A stretch of DNA of 64,000 nt from assembly GCF_024298765.1 (NCBI RefSeq), contig NZ_CP101210.1; one strand, 5' to 3'. The DNA comes from Escherichia coli. GTDB taxonomy: Bacteria > Pseudomonadota > Gammaproteobacteria > Enterobacterales > Enterobacteriaceae. A model generated the notes under the pieces. The model was not told the DNA's origin, ran no database searches, and saw only the letters and a list, made by a program, of their open reading frames with translations. This document shows positions 1-10,969 of this stretch, in pieces. A program made the translations under genes and the position numbers. Each line of letters starts with the position of its first letter. Positions within the stretch are counted from its first letter, which is position 1.

Positions 1-188
1 CTGGTTGCATTGTGCTGGAGTTCTACAACTCCGGTAAGCTGCCGCTGGCGCTGCGTCCGGGCATGTTAATTGGTGCGCTGAGCTTTGAGCCGCTTTCCGG
101 CCCGGCGGCGCGACCTTACAACCGCCGTGAAGATGCGAAATATCGCAACCAGCAGGGCGCGGTAGCCAGCCGAATCGATAAAGACTAA
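1..188 (+). CDS. dcd: dCTP deaminase, 3' end only (start lies upstream of window)
   Basis: Frame 3 reads off the 5' edge and ends ...[23 protein letters not shown], stop at 186-188; matches recalled Dcd C-terminus; dcd-asmA synteny. Confidence 0.8.
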
Positions 189-209
189 TTCAGGCCCATT
201 GAGGATACC

Positions 210-2063
210 ATGAGACGATTTCTGACGACGCTGATGATACTCCTGGTCGTGCTGGTGGCCGGGTTATCTGCGTTAGTGTTGCTGGTGAATCCGAATGATT
301 TCCGCGACTATATGGTCAAGCAAGTTGCTGCACGTAGCGGTTATCAATTGCAGCTCGACGGGCCACTGCGTTGGCACGTCTGGCCGCAGCTTAGTATCCT
401 CTCCGGGCGAATGTCTCTCACCGCCCAGGGCGCAAGCCAGCCACTGGTTCGCGCCGACAACATGCGTCTGGACGTGGCGCTTTTACCACTACTGAGTCAT
501 CAACTGAGCGTTAAGCAGGTGATGCTAAAAGGGGCAGTGATCCAACTGACGCCGCAGACGGAAGCGGTGCGCAGTGAAGACGCTCCGGTTGCACCGCGCG
601 ACAATACCTTGCCGGATCTGTCAGACGATCGCGGATGGTCGTTTGATATATCCAGTCTTAAGGTGGCGGACAGCGTGCTGGTGTTCCAGCATGAAGATGA
701 CGAGCAGGTGACAATCCGCAATATCCGCCTGCAAATGGAACAAGATCCCCAACATCGTGGCTCATTTGAGTTCTCCGGGCGGGTTAATCGCGATCAGCGC
801 GATCTCACGATATCCCTTAACGGTACGGTAGATGCTTCTGATTATCCGCATGATTTAACGGCGGCTATTGAACAAATTAACTGGCAGTTGCAGGGTGCAG
901 ATTTACCAAAACAAGGTATTCAGGGGCAGGGGAGTTTCCAGGCCCAGTGGCAGGAGTCACATAAACGCCTTTCATTTAACCAAATCAGCTTGACCGCCAA
1001 TAACAGCACGCTGAGCGGGCAAGCACAGGTCACGCTGACAGAGAAACCTGAATGGCAGCTGAGACTGCAATTCCCGCAACTGAATCTTGACAACCTCATC
1101 CCGCTTAATGAAACAGCGAATGGTGAAAACGGTGCCGCGCAGCAGGGGCAGAGCCAATCAACATTGCCGCGCCCGGTCATTTCTTCGCGTATTGATGAAC
1201 CGGCATATCAGGGACTGCAAGGCTTTACGGCTGATATTTTGTTGCAGGCCAGTAACGTGCGCTGGCGCGGAATGAATTTTACAGATGTTGCCACGCAAAT
1301 GACCAACAAGTCGGGTTTGCTGGAAATTACTCAACTGCAGGGCAAGCTTAACGGTGGACAGGTTTCACTGCCGGGCACGCTGGACGCGACATCAATAAAT
1401 CCGCGGATAAACTTCCAGCCACGGCTGGAAAACGTTGAGATTGGTACCATTCTGAAGGCGTTTAACTATCCGATTTCGTTGACCGGAAAAATGTCACTGG
1501 CTGGTGATTTCTCCGGTGCTGACATAGATGCCGACGCATTCCGCCACAACTGGCAAGGACAGGCACATGTCGAAATGACCGACACGCGCATGGAAGGGAT
1601 GAACTTCCAGCAGATGATTCAGCAAGCGGTAGAGCGTAATGGCGGTGATGTGAAGGCCGCTGAAAACTTTGATAACGTGACGCGGCTTGACCGCTTTACC
1701 ACCGATTTGACGTTGAAGGATGGCGTCGTGACGTTAAACGACATGCAAGGTCAATCGCCTGTGCTGGCGCTGACAGGGGAAGGCATGTTGAATCTGGCAG
1801 ATCAAACCTGCGACACCCAGTTTGATATTCGGGTCGTGGGTGGCTGGAACGGGGAAAGCAAACTGATTGATTTCCTCAAAGAAACGCCAGTACCGCTGCG
1901 GGTTTATGGCAACTGGCAGCAACTCAATTACAGTCTGCAAGTGGATCAGTTACTGCGCAAACATCTACAGGACGAAGCGAAACGTCGCCTGAATGACTGG
2001 GCCGAGCGGAATAAAGATTCCCGCAATGGCAAAGATGTGAAGAAGTTGCTGGAGAAGATGTAG
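210..2063 (+). CDS. asmA: AsmA, outer-membrane assembly protein
   Basis: 617-aa ORF with N-terminal signal/anchor (MRRFLTTLMILLVVLVAGLSALVLLV); length and synteny fit AsmA. Confidence 0.9.
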   Translation: MRRFLTTLMILLVVLVAGLSALVLLVNPNDFRDYMVKQVAARSGYQLQLDGPLRWHVWPQLSILSGRMSLTAQGASQPLVRADNMRLDVALLPLLSHQLSVKQVMLKGAVIQLTPQTEAVRSEDAPVAPRDNTLPDLSDDRGWSFDISSLKVADSVLVFQHEDDEQVTIRNIRLQMEQDPQHRGSFEFSGRVNRDQRDLTISLNGTVDASDYPHDLTAAIEQINWQLQGADLPKQGIQGQGSFQAQWQESHKRLSFNQISLTANNSTLSGQAQVTLTEKPEWQLRLQFPQLNLDNLIPLNETANGENGAAQQGQSQSTLPRPVISSRIDEPAYQGLQGFTADILLQASNVRWRGMNFTDVATQMTNKSGLLEITQLQGKLNGGQVSLPGTLDATSINPRINFQPRLENVEIGTILKAFNYPISLTGKMSLAGDFSGADIDADAFRHNWQGQAHVEMTDTRMEGMNFQQMIQQAVERNGGDVKAAENFDNVTRLDRFTTDLTLKDGVVTLNDMQGQSPVLALTGEGMLNLADQTCDTQFDIRVVGGWNGESKLIDFLKETPVPLRVYGNWQQLNYSLQVDQLLRKHLQDEAKRRLNDWAERNKDSRNGKDVKKLLEKM

Positions 2064-2077
2064 GTTACCAGGTGACC

Positions 2078-2125
2078 TGTCCTGTAGGCCTGATAAGACG
2101 CGTAAAGCGTCGCATCAGGCGTTCG
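2078..2125. repeat. REP (palindromic unit) downstream of asmA
   Basis: GTAGGCCTGATAAGACGCG...CGTCGCATCAGGCG motif typical of enterobacterial REP. Confidence 0.7.
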
Positions 2126-2336
2126 CGGCGGCACCATTATATTCTGAATATGTAAGATCGAAGGCTGTTCCGTTCACTTGATGTTCCTCACTACTATGGA
2201 ACGCTCAAGCCGGTGAACGTGCCAGGGTGGCTCAATCGCCACCACCCTGGCAACCCGGGCTCCCGGCGGTAAATCGCCGCTGGCGCGGTTCCCTCATCTT
2301 ATTCCTTTCGGCTATCGGGTAAAATGACCGATACCA

Positions 2337-3920
2337 TCACACCTCGTACTCCAACTCGCCATCCTTATGCAGCGGAATAATCTGCACCTTCTGCACGCGA
2401 TGGCTTTCCACCTGCAACGTTTTAAGCAAATAATCCCCCACCTGAACTTCTTCGCCAGGTTTTGGAATACGCTGTAAATATTCCATCAACAGCCCGGCAA
2501 TGGTGTGATATTCACGTTTTTCATCCAGCGGCAGCGGCACATATTGCACCAGATCTTCCAGCGGCATATGACCATTCGCCGTCCAGGAACCGTCCGCATT
2601 CTTCTGAATATCATGGCGGGCGTCGATCTCTTCCACTTCGTTCGGTAAGTTACCGGCAATGGTTTCAGTGACGTCACTTAATGTCACAATCCCTTCCACC
2701 GAGCCAAACTCATCCACCACAAAAGCAAAGTGCGTGCGGGCATTACGGAACTGCTCCAGGGCAGGTAACAACGGCAAGGTTTCCGGGAACACCAGCGGCT
2801 GGCGAATCAACACCCGCAGGTTGAGCGGTTCGCCACGCAGTGACTGTTGTAGCAGGTCGATAACGTGAACAACACCGAGCAAATCTTCTGCGTCATCACC
2901 GTCGGTAACCACCAGCCGCGTATGCTGATTTCGCTCCAGCAACTGGCGGATCTCGTCTTCCGGCGCGTTGAGATCGATATGCTCAATATCGTGGCGCGAC
3001 GTCATAATGCTGCTGACAGTACGCTGGTTAAGATTAAGTACCCGCTCAATCATCCGCCGTTCCTGCGGATTAAAGATCTGCTGGTTACCATGATCCACCA
3101 GCATGGACGCGGTTTCGGCGTCCAGTTCCGCATCTTCTTTTTGCCCGCTAAGCAGGCGCATTACCGCTTCGGTAGTCCGCTGGCGTAGCGTCTGGTTAGC
3201 GGAAAGAAAACGTCGCCGGTTAAAGATAGCCAACTGATTGAGCGCCTCGATCATCACCGAGAAACCAATGGCAGCGTACAGGTAGCCTTTCGGAATGACG
3301 AAGCCGAAACCTTCTGCCACCAGGCTAAAGCCAATCATCAACAGGAAGCTTAAGCAGAGAATAACGATGGTCGGGTGACTGTTAACAAATTGCGTTAACG
3401 GCTTGCTGGCCATCAACATCAGGCTGATAGCGATAACCACGGCGGCCATCATGACCAGTAAATGGTCGACCATCCCGACGGCGGTAATCACTGAGTCGAG
3501 TGAGAAGATGGCGTCCAGTACCACAATTTGTGTCACCACCCCCCAGAACTTCGCACCTTTGCGTTGTGTGGGATTATTGCTGTCTTTCCCTTCCAGCCGT
3601 TCGTTCAGCTCCATCGTGGCTTTGAACAACAGGAAGAAACCACCAAACAGCATGATTAAGTCGCGGGCGCTAAAGGTAAACGAGCGGAAGCTGAACAGCG
3701 GTTGCGTCAGGGTGACCAGCCAGGAGATTGACGCCAGCAGTAACAGGCGCATTAACATCGCCAGCAGCAGCCCGGTAACCCGTGCGCGGTCGCGCTGCTT
3801 CGGCGGTAGTTTTTCGGCGAGGATGGCAATAAAGACCAGGTTATCAATGCCGAGGACCAGTTCGATCACAATCAGCGTGATTAACCCGGCCCAGATAGAC
3901 GGATCGGCAATCCATTCCAT
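2337..3920 (-). CDS. yegH: TerC-family inner membrane protein with CBS/CorC domains
   Basis: ORF track gives 549 aa; likely true start is [10 protein letters not shown] (527 aa); hydrophobic N-terminal half then CBS-like C-terminal half. Confidence 0.85.
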   Translation of the reverse strand: MEWIADPSIWAGLITLIVIELVLGIDNLVFIAILAEKLPPKQRDRARVTGLLLAMLMRLLLLASISWLVTLTQPLFSFRSFTFSARDLIMLFGGFFLLFKATMELNERLEGKDSNNPTQRKGAKFWGVVTQIVVLDAIFSLDSVITAVGMVDHLLVMMAAVVIAISLMLMASKPLTQFVNSHPTIVILCLSFLLMIGFSLVAEGFGFVIPKGYLYAAIGFSVMIEALNQLAIFNRRRFLSANQTLRQRTTEAVMRLLSGQKEDAELDAETASMLVDHGNQQIFNPQERRMIERVLNLNQRTVSSIMTSRHDIEHIDLNAPEDEIRQLLERNQHTRLVVTDGDDAEDLLGVVHVIDLLQQSLRGEPLNLRVLIRQPLVFPETLPLLPALEQFRNARTHFAFVVDEFGSVEGIVTLSDVTETIAGNLPNEVEEIDARHDIQKNADGSWTANGHMPLEDLVQYVPLPLDEKREYHTIAGLLMEYLQRIPKPGEEVQVGDYLLKTLQVESHRVQKVQIIPLHKDGELEYEV

Positions 3921-4361
3921 AGTAAGTACAAAACCTATTCGTTGTATGACAAATGTCACAATTCGATCATGGATAAATCGGGGCAAAAATGCAATGTTGC
4001 AGCACTATTTATCTCATATTATTTGAGGGTAATAACCTCACATTATCCCTGAATTAAAAGTGGTAATAATAAAACATTATTTAAGAAATATCGCATGTGG
4101 AGGCGCAATATTAAATATTGTCAACCTAAAGAAACTCCTAAAAACCATATTGAATGACACTTAATATAATTCTTAAAAATAGCCAATTGCCGAATTGTTA
4201 CCTTGCCTGCTATTCCGTTAGCTGTAACACTTCCTCCTGCATTATTGGAGAGCCAATATTCAATTACCATAATGTCACCTTATATTCGGAAGTTAATTTC
4301 CGCAATAACCCTTTCTCATCAACGATTGTATGCAGAGAGGGTTTGAAAAATTAAGCTAAAT

Positions 4362-4400
4362 CAGTGTATTGGTAGCTAAAAAGCCAGGGGCGGTAGCGTG
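4362..4400 (+). promoter_or_regulatory. JUMPstart element with ops (GGCGGTAGCGTG, 4389-4400) in colanic acid operon leader
   Basis: cagtgtattggtagctaaaaagccaggggcggtagcgtg about 180 bp upstream of wza; ops is the RfaH recruitment site. Confidence 0.85.
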
Positions 4401-4578
4401 TCTGGATGCCTGAAAGACCAGTCTGAATTATTCTGTCAATAGCCTGCGGATGAAATCAATTTTTTTAGGACTGATGCCAGTTAAATTTGTATTCAATTAA
4501 CTGCAAGGTAAATGTGCATGGCGACATTGCTATTAATAGTGCACAGGATAATTACTCTGCCAAAGTGATAAATAAACA

Positions 4579-5718
4579 ATGATGAAATCCAAAATGAAAT
4601 TGATGCCATTATTGGTGTCAGTAACCTTGATAAGCGGTTGCACAGTACTTCCGGGCAGCAATATGTCGACGATGGGCAAAGACGTCATCAAACAGCAGGA
4701 CGCTGATTTCGATCTCGACAAAATGGTGAATGTTTATCCGCTGACCCCGCGCCTGATTGACCAATTACGCCCACGCCCGAATGTAGCGCGCCCCAATATG
4801 ACGCTGGAAAGTGAGATCGCGAATTACCAGTATCGCGTCGGGCCGGGCGACGTTCTGAATGTCACCGTCTGGGATCACCCGGAACTCACCACGCCAGCCG
4901 GTCAGTACCGCAGCTCCAGCGACACCGGCAACTGGGTACAGCCTGACGGCACTATGTTTTACCCGTATATCGGCAAGGTCCACGTAGTCGGGAAAACGCT
5001 CGCTGAAATCCGCAGTGATATTACCGGGCGCTTAGCGACGTACATCGCTGACCCGCAGGTGGATGTTAATATCGCCGCCTTCCGCTCGCAAAAGGCCTAT
5101 ATCTCAGGTCAGGTGAATAAATCCGGTCAACAGGCGATCACCAACGTACCACTGACCATTCTCGACGCCATCAACGCCGCAGGTGGCCTGACCGACACCG
5201 CTGACTGGCGCAACGTGGTGCTAACACACAATGGTCGTGAAGAACGCATTTCTTTGCAGGCGCTGATGCAAAACGGCGACCTCAATCAGAACCGACTGCT
5301 TTACCCCGGCGATATTCTCTACGTGCCGCGTAATGATGATCTGAAAGTGTTTGTGATGGGTGAAGTGAAGAAACAGAGCACCCTGAAAATGGACTTTAGC
5401 GGCATGACCCTGACTGAAGCCCTGGGCAATGCCGAAGGTATCGACATGACCACCTCCAACGCCAGCGGCATCTTTGTCATTCGTCCGCTGAAAGGCGAGG
5501 GCGGGCGTAACGGCAAGATTGCCAATATCTACCAGCTGGATATGTCCGATGCCACGTCGCTGGTGATGGCGACAGAATTCCGCCTGCAACCTTATGACGT
5601 GGTGTATGTCACCACCGCCCCGGTTTCCCGCTGGAACCGTCTGATCAATCAGTTGCTGCCAACTATTAGCGGTGTCCGTTACATGACGGATACAGCCAGC
5701 GACATTCATAACTGGTAA
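4579..5718 (+). CDS. wza: Outer membrane polysaccharide export lipoprotein
   Basis: 379 aa, lipoprotein signal (LISGC); first gene of colanic acid cluster. Confidence 0.95.
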   Translation: MMKSKMKLMPLLVSVTLISGCTVLPGSNMSTMGKDVIKQQDADFDLDKMVNVYPLTPRLIDQLRPRPNVARPNMTLESEIANYQYRVGPGDVLNVTVWDHPELTTPAGQYRSSSDTGNWVQPDGTMFYPYIGKVHVVGKTLAEIRSDITGRLATYIADPQVDVNIAAFRSQKAYISGQVNKSGQQAITNVPLTILDAINAAGGLTDTADWRNVVLTHNGREERISLQALMQNGDLNQNRLLYPGDILYVPRNDDLKVFVMGEVKKQSTLKMDFSGMTLTEALGNAEGIDMTTSNASGIFVIRPLKGEGGRNGKIANIYQLDMSDATSLVMATEFRLQPYDVVYVTTAPVSRWNRLINQLLPTISGVRYMTDTASDIHNW

Positions 5719-5723
5719 TCGTC

Positions 5724-6167
5724 ATGTTTAACAACATCTTAGTTGTCTGTGTCGGCAATATTTGCCGTTCCCCGACGGCGGAACGCTTACTGCAACGTTA
5801 TCACCCGGAGCTGAAAGTGGAGTCCGCTGGACTCGGCGCGCTGGTCGGTAAGGGCGCTGATCCTACCGCTATCAGCGTCGCCGCAGAACATCAACTGTCT
5901 CTGGAAGGTCACTGTGCCCGTCAAATCAGCCGCCGTCTGTGTCGCAACTACGACCTGATTTTGACCATGGAAAAGCGCCATATCGAACGCTTATGCAAGA
6001 TGGCACCCGAGATGCGCGGCAAAGTGATGCTGTTTGGTCACTGGGATAACGAATGTGAAATCCCCGATCCGTATCGCAAAAGCCGGGAAACGTTTGCAGC
6101 GGTGTACACATTACTTGAACGGTCTGCCCGCCAGTGGGCGCAGGCATTGAACGCAGAGCAGGTATAA
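5724..6167 (+). CDS. wzb: Low-molecular-weight protein-tyrosine phosphatase
   Basis: 147 aa, N-terminal CVGNICRSP P-loop motif. Confidence 0.95.
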   Translation: MFNNILVVCVGNICRSPTAERLLQRYHPELKVESAGLGALVGKGADPTAISVAAEHQLSLEGHCARQISRRLCRNYDLILTMEKRHIERLCKMAPEMRGKVMLFGHWDNECEIPDPYRKSRETFAAVYTLLERSARQWAQALNAEQV

Positions 6168-6169
6168 GA

Positions 6170-8332
6170 ATGACAGAAAAAGTAAAACAACATGCCGCTC
6201 CGGTAACGGGCAGTGATGAAATCGATATTGGTCGCCTGGTCGGCACCGTCATTGAAGCGCGCTGGTGGGTGATTGGCATCACCGCTGTATTTGCCCTCTG
6301 TGCCGTGGTTTACACCTTCTTCGCCACGCCGATTTATAGTGCCGACGCACTGGTACAAATCGAGCAAAACAGCGGCAATTCGTTAGTGCAGGATATCGGA
6401 TCGGCGTTAGCCAACAAACCGCCTGCATCGGACGCCGAGATCCAGTTGATTCGTTCGCGTCTGGTGCTTGGTAAAACGGTGGACGATCTCGACCTCGATA
6501 TTGCAGTGAGCAAAAACACGTTCCCGATTTTCGGTGCGGGCTGGGATCGCCTGATGGGACGTCAGAACGAGACGGTGAAAGTGACCACCTTTAACCGCCC
6601 GAAAGAGATGGCGGATCAGGTGTTTACGCTTAATGTGCTGGACGATAAAAACTACACCCTGAGCAGCGACGGCGGCTTTAGCGCCCGTGGGCAAGCGGGC
6701 CAGATGCTGAAAAAAGAAGGCGTCACGCTGATGGTTGAAGCCATTCACGCCCGCCCGGGCAGTGAGTTTACCGTCACCAAATACTCCACGTTGGGGATGA
6801 TCAACCAACTGCAAAACAGCCTGACGGTAACGGAGAACGGCAAAGACGCAGGCGTACTGAGCCTGACTTATACCGGTGAAGATCGCGAACAGATCCGCGA
6901 CATTCTTAACAGCATCGCCCGTAACTATCAGGAACAAAATATTGAGCGCAAATCGGCGGAAGCGTCGAAAAGCCTCGCTTTCCTCGCGCAACAGTTACCG
7001 GAAGTACGTAGCCGCCTCGATGTTGCCGAAAACAAACTGAATGCCTTCCGTCAGGATAAAGATTCTGTTGATCTGCCGCTGGAAGCGAAAGCGGTGCTCG
7101 ATTCGATGGTGAACATCGACGCGCAGTTGAACGAACTGACCTTTAAAGAGGCGGAAATCTCCAAGCTGTACACCAAAGTTCACCCGGCGTACCGCACGCT
7201 GCTGGAGAAACGTCAGGCGCTGGAAGAAGAGAAAGCCAAACTTAACGGTCGCGTAACGGCGATGCCGAAAACCCAGCAGGAGATTGTGCGCCTGACCCGC
7301 GATGTCGAGTCTGGTCAGCAGGTCTATATGCAACTGCTGAATAAAGAGCAGGAGCTGAAAATCACCGAAGCCAGCACCGTCGGCGATGTGCGCATTGTTG
7401 ACCCGGCAATCACCCAGCCTGGCGTGCTGAAACCGAAGAAAGGGCTGATTATCCTCGGCGCGATTATCCTTGGCCTGATGCTTTCTATCGTGGGTGTGCT
7501 GCTGCGCTCGTTGTTTAATCGCGGCATCGAAAGCCCGCAGGTGCTGGAAGAACACGGTATCAGCGTCTATGCCAGCATCCCGCTGTCGGAATGGCAGAAA
7601 GCGCGCGATAGCGTCAAAACCATCAAAGGGATTAAACGCTATAAACAGAGCCAGCTACTGGCGATGGGGAATCCAACCGATCTGGCGATTGAAGCCATCC
7701 GCAGTCTGCGTACCAGTTTGCACTTCGCGATGATGCAGGCACAGAACAATGTGTTGATGATGACCGGGGTTAGCCCGTCAATCGGTAAAACCTTTGTCTG
7801 CGCCAACCTGGCGGCGGTGATCAGCCAGACCAATAAACGGGTGTTGTTGATCGACTGCGATATGCGCAAAGGCTACACCCACGAGCTGCTGGGCACTAAT
7901 AACGTTAATGGCCTGTCGGAAATTCTGATTGGTCAGGGCGATATTACTACCGCTGCTAAACCGACCTCTATTGCCAAATTTGACCTGATCCCGCGCGGTC
8001 AGGTGCCGCCAAATCCTTCTGAACTGTTGATGAGCGAACGCTTTGCCGAACTGGTGAACTGGGCGAGTAAAAACTATGACCTGGTGTTGATTGATACGCC
8101 GCCGATTCTGGCAGTGACCGATGCGGCAATTGTTGGTCGTCATGTCGGAACCACATTAATGGTGGCGCGTTATGCGGTCAACACATTGAAAGAAGTGGAA
8201 ACCAGTCTGAGCCGCTTTGAGCAAAACGGTATTCCGGTGAAAGGGGTGATTCTGAACTCCATCTTCCGCCGCGCCAGCGCGTATCAGGATTATGGCTATT
8301 ACGAATACGAATATAAGTCGGATGCGAAATAA
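6170..8332 (+). CDS. wzc: Tyrosine autokinase / polysaccharide co-polymerase
   Basis: Start taken at MTEKVKQ (720 aa), not the upstream track start 6134; Walker A GVSPSIGKT; Tyr-rich C-terminus YQDYGYYEYEYKSD. Confidence 0.95.
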   Translation: MTEKVKQHAAPVTGSDEIDIGRLVGTVIEARWWVIGITAVFALCAVVYTFFATPIYSADALVQIEQNSGNSLVQDIGSALANKPPASDAEIQLIRSRLVLGKTVDDLDLDIAVSKNTFPIFGAGWDRLMGRQNETVKVTTFNRPKEMADQVFTLNVLDDKNYTLSSDGGFSARGQAGQMLKKEGVTLMVEAIHARPGSEFTVTKYSTLGMINQLQNSLTVTENGKDAGVLSLTYTGEDREQIRDILNSIARNYQEQNIERKSAEASKSLAFLAQQLPEVRSRLDVAENKLNAFRQDKDSVDLPLEAKAVLDSMVNIDAQLNELTFKEAEISKLYTKVHPAYRTLLEKRQALEEEKAKLNGRVTAMPKTQQEIVRLTRDVESGQQVYMQLLNKEQELKITEASTVGDVRIVDPAITQPGVLKPKKGLIILGAIILGLMLSIVGVLLRSLFNRGIESPQVLEEHGISVYASIPLSEWQKARDSVKTIKGIKRYKQSQLLAMGNPTDLAIEAIRSLRTSLHFAMMQAQNNVLMMTGVSPSIGKTFVCANLAAVISQTNKRVLLIDCDMRKGYTHELLGTNNVNGLSEILIGQGDITTAAKPTSIAKFDLIPRGQVPPNPSELLMSERFAELVNWASKNYDLVLIDTPPILAVTDAAIVGRHVGTTLMVARYAVNTLKEVETSLSRFEQNGIPVKGVILNSIFRRASAYQDYGYYEYEYKSDAK

Positions 8333-8356
8333 CGACGCCTGCATTCGCACCGCCCC

Positions 8357-8391
8357 GTAGGCCGGATAAGGCGCTCACGCCGCATCCGGCA
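8357..8391. repeat. REP element downstream of wzc
   Basis: GTAGGCCGGATAAGGCGC...GCCGCATCCGGCA palindromic unit. Confidence 0.7.
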
Positions 8392-8424
8392 AGCAAACCA
8401 GCTCATAAGCCGGGAGAACAACCT

Positions 8425-9264
8425 ATGAAAGACAATCCGCTGATCTCAATCTATATGCCGACCTGGAACCGCCAACAACTGGCGATTCGGGCGATAAAAT
8501 CGGTCTTGCGCCAGGACTACAGCAACTGGGAGATGATCATCGTGGATGATTGCTCCACCTCCTGGGAACAGCTTCAGCAGTACGTCACCGCCCTCAACGA
8601 TCCGCGTATTACCTACATTCACAACGACATTAACAGCGGGGCGTGCGCGGTACGTAACCAGGCGATTATGCTGGCGCAAGGGGAATACATCACCGGGATC
8701 GATGATGATGATGAATGGACGCCCAACCGCCTGAGCGTCTTCCTCGCCCATAAACAGCAACTGGTCACCCACGCCTTTTTGTACGCTAACGACTACGTTT
8801 GTCAGGGCGAAGTCTATTCCCAACCGGCAAGTTTGCCGCTGTATCCCAAATCGCCGTATTCACGCCGCCTGTTCTACAAACGCAATATCATTGGCAATCA
8901 GGTCTTTACCTGGGCGTGGCGTTTCAAAGAGTGTTTGTTCGATACCGAACTGAAAGCGGCACAGGATTACGACATCTTCCTGCGGATGGTGGTGGAGTAT
9001 GGCGAACCGTGGAAAGTGGAAGAAGCGACGCAGATCCTGCATATCAATCACGGTGAAATGCAGATCACCTCGTCACCGAAAAAATTCTCCGGATACTTCC
9101 ACTTTTACCGCAAGCACAAAGACAAATTCGACCGGGCCAGCAAAAAATATCAGCTGTTTACCCTCTACCAGATCCGCAATAAACGTATGACCTGGCGCAC
9201 TTTGCTGACGCTGCTGTCGGTGCGTAACGGCAAACGTCTGGCTGATGGTATTCGGGGGCGCTAA
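8425..9264 (+). CDS. wcaA: Colanic acid glycosyltransferase (GT2)
   Basis: 279 aa; GT2 N-terminal motifs (ISIYMPTWN, IIVDDCS). Confidence 0.9.
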   Translation: MKDNPLISIYMPTWNRQQLAIRAIKSVLRQDYSNWEMIIVDDCSTSWEQLQQYVTALNDPRITYIHNDINSGACAVRNQAIMLAQGEYITGIDDDDEWTPNRLSVFLAHKQQLVTHAFLYANDYVCQGEVYSQPASLPLYPKSPYSRRLFYKRNIIGNQVFTWAWRFKECLFDTELKAAQDYDIFLRMVVEYGEPWKVEEATQILHINHGEMQITSSPKKFSGYFHFYRKHKDKFDRASKKYQLFTLYQIRNKRMTWRTLLTLLSVRNGKRLADGIRGR

Positions 9265-9266
9265 AG

Positions 9267-9755
9267 ATGCTGGAAGATCTGCGCGCCAACAGCTGGAGTT
9301 TACGCCCGTGCTGCATGGTTCTTGCCTATCGCGTTGCTCATTTTTGTTCGGTGTGGCGCAAAAAGAACGTCCTCAACAATCTGTGGGCGGCCCCGCTGCT
9401 GGTGCTGTATCGCATTATCACCGAATGCTTTTTCGGTTATGAAATCCAGGCCGCCGCGACCATTGGCCGCCGCTTTACTATCCATCACGGTTACGCCGTA
9501 GTGATCAATAAAAACGTGGTAGCGGGGGATGATTTCACCATTCGCCACGGCGTCACTATCGGCAATCGTGGTGCCGATAACATGGCATGTCCACACATTG
9601 GCAACGGCGTCGAACTCGGAGCCAACGTCATTATTCTTGGTGATATCACGCTTGGTAACAACGTCACCGTGGGCGCGGGCAGCGTGGTGCTCGACTCTGT
9701 CCCGGACAACGCGCTGGTGGTGGGAGAAAAAGCGCGAGTGAAGGTAATTAAATGA
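9267..9755 (+). CDS. wcaB: Colanic acid acetyltransferase (hexapeptide-repeat)
   Basis: 162 aa; left-handed beta-helix hexapeptide repeats. Confidence 0.9.
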   Translation: MLEDLRANSWSLRPCCMVLAYRVAHFCSVWRKKNVLNNLWAAPLLVLYRIITECFFGYEIQAAATIGRRFTIHHGYAVVINKNVVAGDDFTIRHGVTIGNRGADNMACPHIGNGVELGANVIILGDITLGNNVTVGAGSVVLDSVPDNALVVGEKARVKVIK

Positions 9756-10969
9756 ATATTCTGCAATTTAATGTGCGACTGGCGGAAGGCGGGGCAGCAG
9801 GTGTGGCGTTAGATCTCCACCAGCGTGCGCTGCAACAGGGGCTGGCGTCACATTTTGTCTACGGTTACGGCAAAGGCGGCAAAGAGAGCGTCAGCCATCA
9901 GAACTATCCGCAGGTCATCAAACATACGCCGCGGATGACCGCAATGGCGAATATTGCACTGTTTCGTCTGTTTAATCGCGATCTGTTTGGCAATTTCAAT
10001 GAGTTATATCGCACCATTACTCGCACACCGGGTCCGGTGGTCCTGCATTTTCATGTGCTGCACAGCTACTGGCTAAATCTTAAGAGCGTGGTGCGCTTTT
10101 GCGAAAAGGTGAAAAACCACAAACCGGATGTCACTCTGGTCTGGACGCTGCATGACCACTGGAGCGTTACCGGGCGCTGCGCCTTTACCGACGGTTGTGA
10201 AGGCTGGAAAACGGGCTGCCAGAAATGCCCGACCTTAAATAACTATCCGCCGGTGAAGATTGATCGGGCGCACCAGCTGGTGGCGGGCAAACGCCAGTTA
10301 TTCCGCGAGATGCTGGCGCTGGGCTGTCAGTTTATTTCCCCCAGCCAGCATGTGGCTGACGCTTTCAATAGTCTGTACGGGCCAGGGCGTTGCCGGATTA
10401 TCAATAATGGTATTGATATGGCAACCGAAGCAATTCTGGCGGACTTGCCTCCGGTGCGCGAAACCCAGGGCAAGCCGAAAATCGCGGTGGTGGCGCATGA
10501 TCTGCGTTACGACGGCAAAACTAACCAGCAACTGGTACGCGAGATGATGGCGCTGGGCGACAAAATCGAACTGCATACCTTTGGTAAGTTTTCGCCGTTC
10601 ACCGCTGGCAACGTGGTTAATCACGGCTTTGAAACCGACAAACGTAAGCTGATGAGCGCGCTCAATCAGATGGATGCGCTGGTGTTCAGTTCTCGTGTCG
10701 ATAACTACCCGCTGATTTTGTGTGAGGCGTTATCAATTGGCGTGCCGGTGATTGCCACCCATAGCGACGCGGCGCGTGAAGTGTTGCAAAAATCCGGCGG
10801 TAAAACCGTCAGCGAAGAAGACGTGCTGCAACTGGTCCAGTTAAGCAAACCGGAAATCGCGCAGGCGATATTTGGTACCACGCTGGCTGAGTTCAGCCAA
10901 CGCAGCCGCGCCGCCTACAGTGGACAACAGATGCTGGAGGAGTATGTCAACTTCTATCAGAATCTGTAG
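9752..10969 (+). CDS. wcaC: Colanic acid glycosyltransferase (GT4-like)
   Basis: 405 aa; 4-bp overlap with wcaB; synteny. Confidence 0.9.
   Translation: MNILQFNVRLAEGGAAGVALDLHQRALQQGLASHFVYGYGKGGKESVSHQNYPQVIKHTPRMTAMANIALFRLFNRDLFGNFNELYRTITRTPGPVVLHFHVLHSYWLNLKSVVRFCEKVKNHKPDVTLVWTLHDHWSVTGRCAFTDGCEGWKTGCQKCPTLNNYPPVKIDRAHQLVAGKRQLFREMLALGCQFISPSQHVADAFNSLYGPGRCRIINNGIDMATEAILADLPPVRETQGKPKIAVVAHDLRYDGKTNQQLVREMMALGDKIELHTFGKFSPFTAGNVVNHGFETDKRKLMSALNQMDALVFSSRVDNYPLILCEALSIGVPVIATHSDAAREVLQKSGGKTVSEEDVLQLVQLSKPEIAQAIFGTTLAEFSQRSRAAYSGQQMLEEYVNFYQNL

Noticed and set aside
4160-4185. Possible RcsAB box (TAATATAATTCTTA) upstream of wza
   Set aside because: Only a loose resemblance to the recalled TaAGaatatTCctA consensus; I cannot align it confidently without computation.
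4154-4354. 66-aa ORF in the wza upstream region
   Set aside because: AT-rich promoter/leader region, no convincing RBS, low-complexity product; more likely regulatory DNA.
6134-6169. Upstream start for wzc (732-aa track ORF)
   Set aside because: The extension overlaps wzb's 3' end; the start at 6170 (MTEKVKQ) gives the expected 720-aa product.
10872-10943. Upstream start for wcaD (429-aa track ORF)
   Set aside because: The extension lies inside the wcaC coding region; the start at 10944 gives the expected 405-aa membrane protein.
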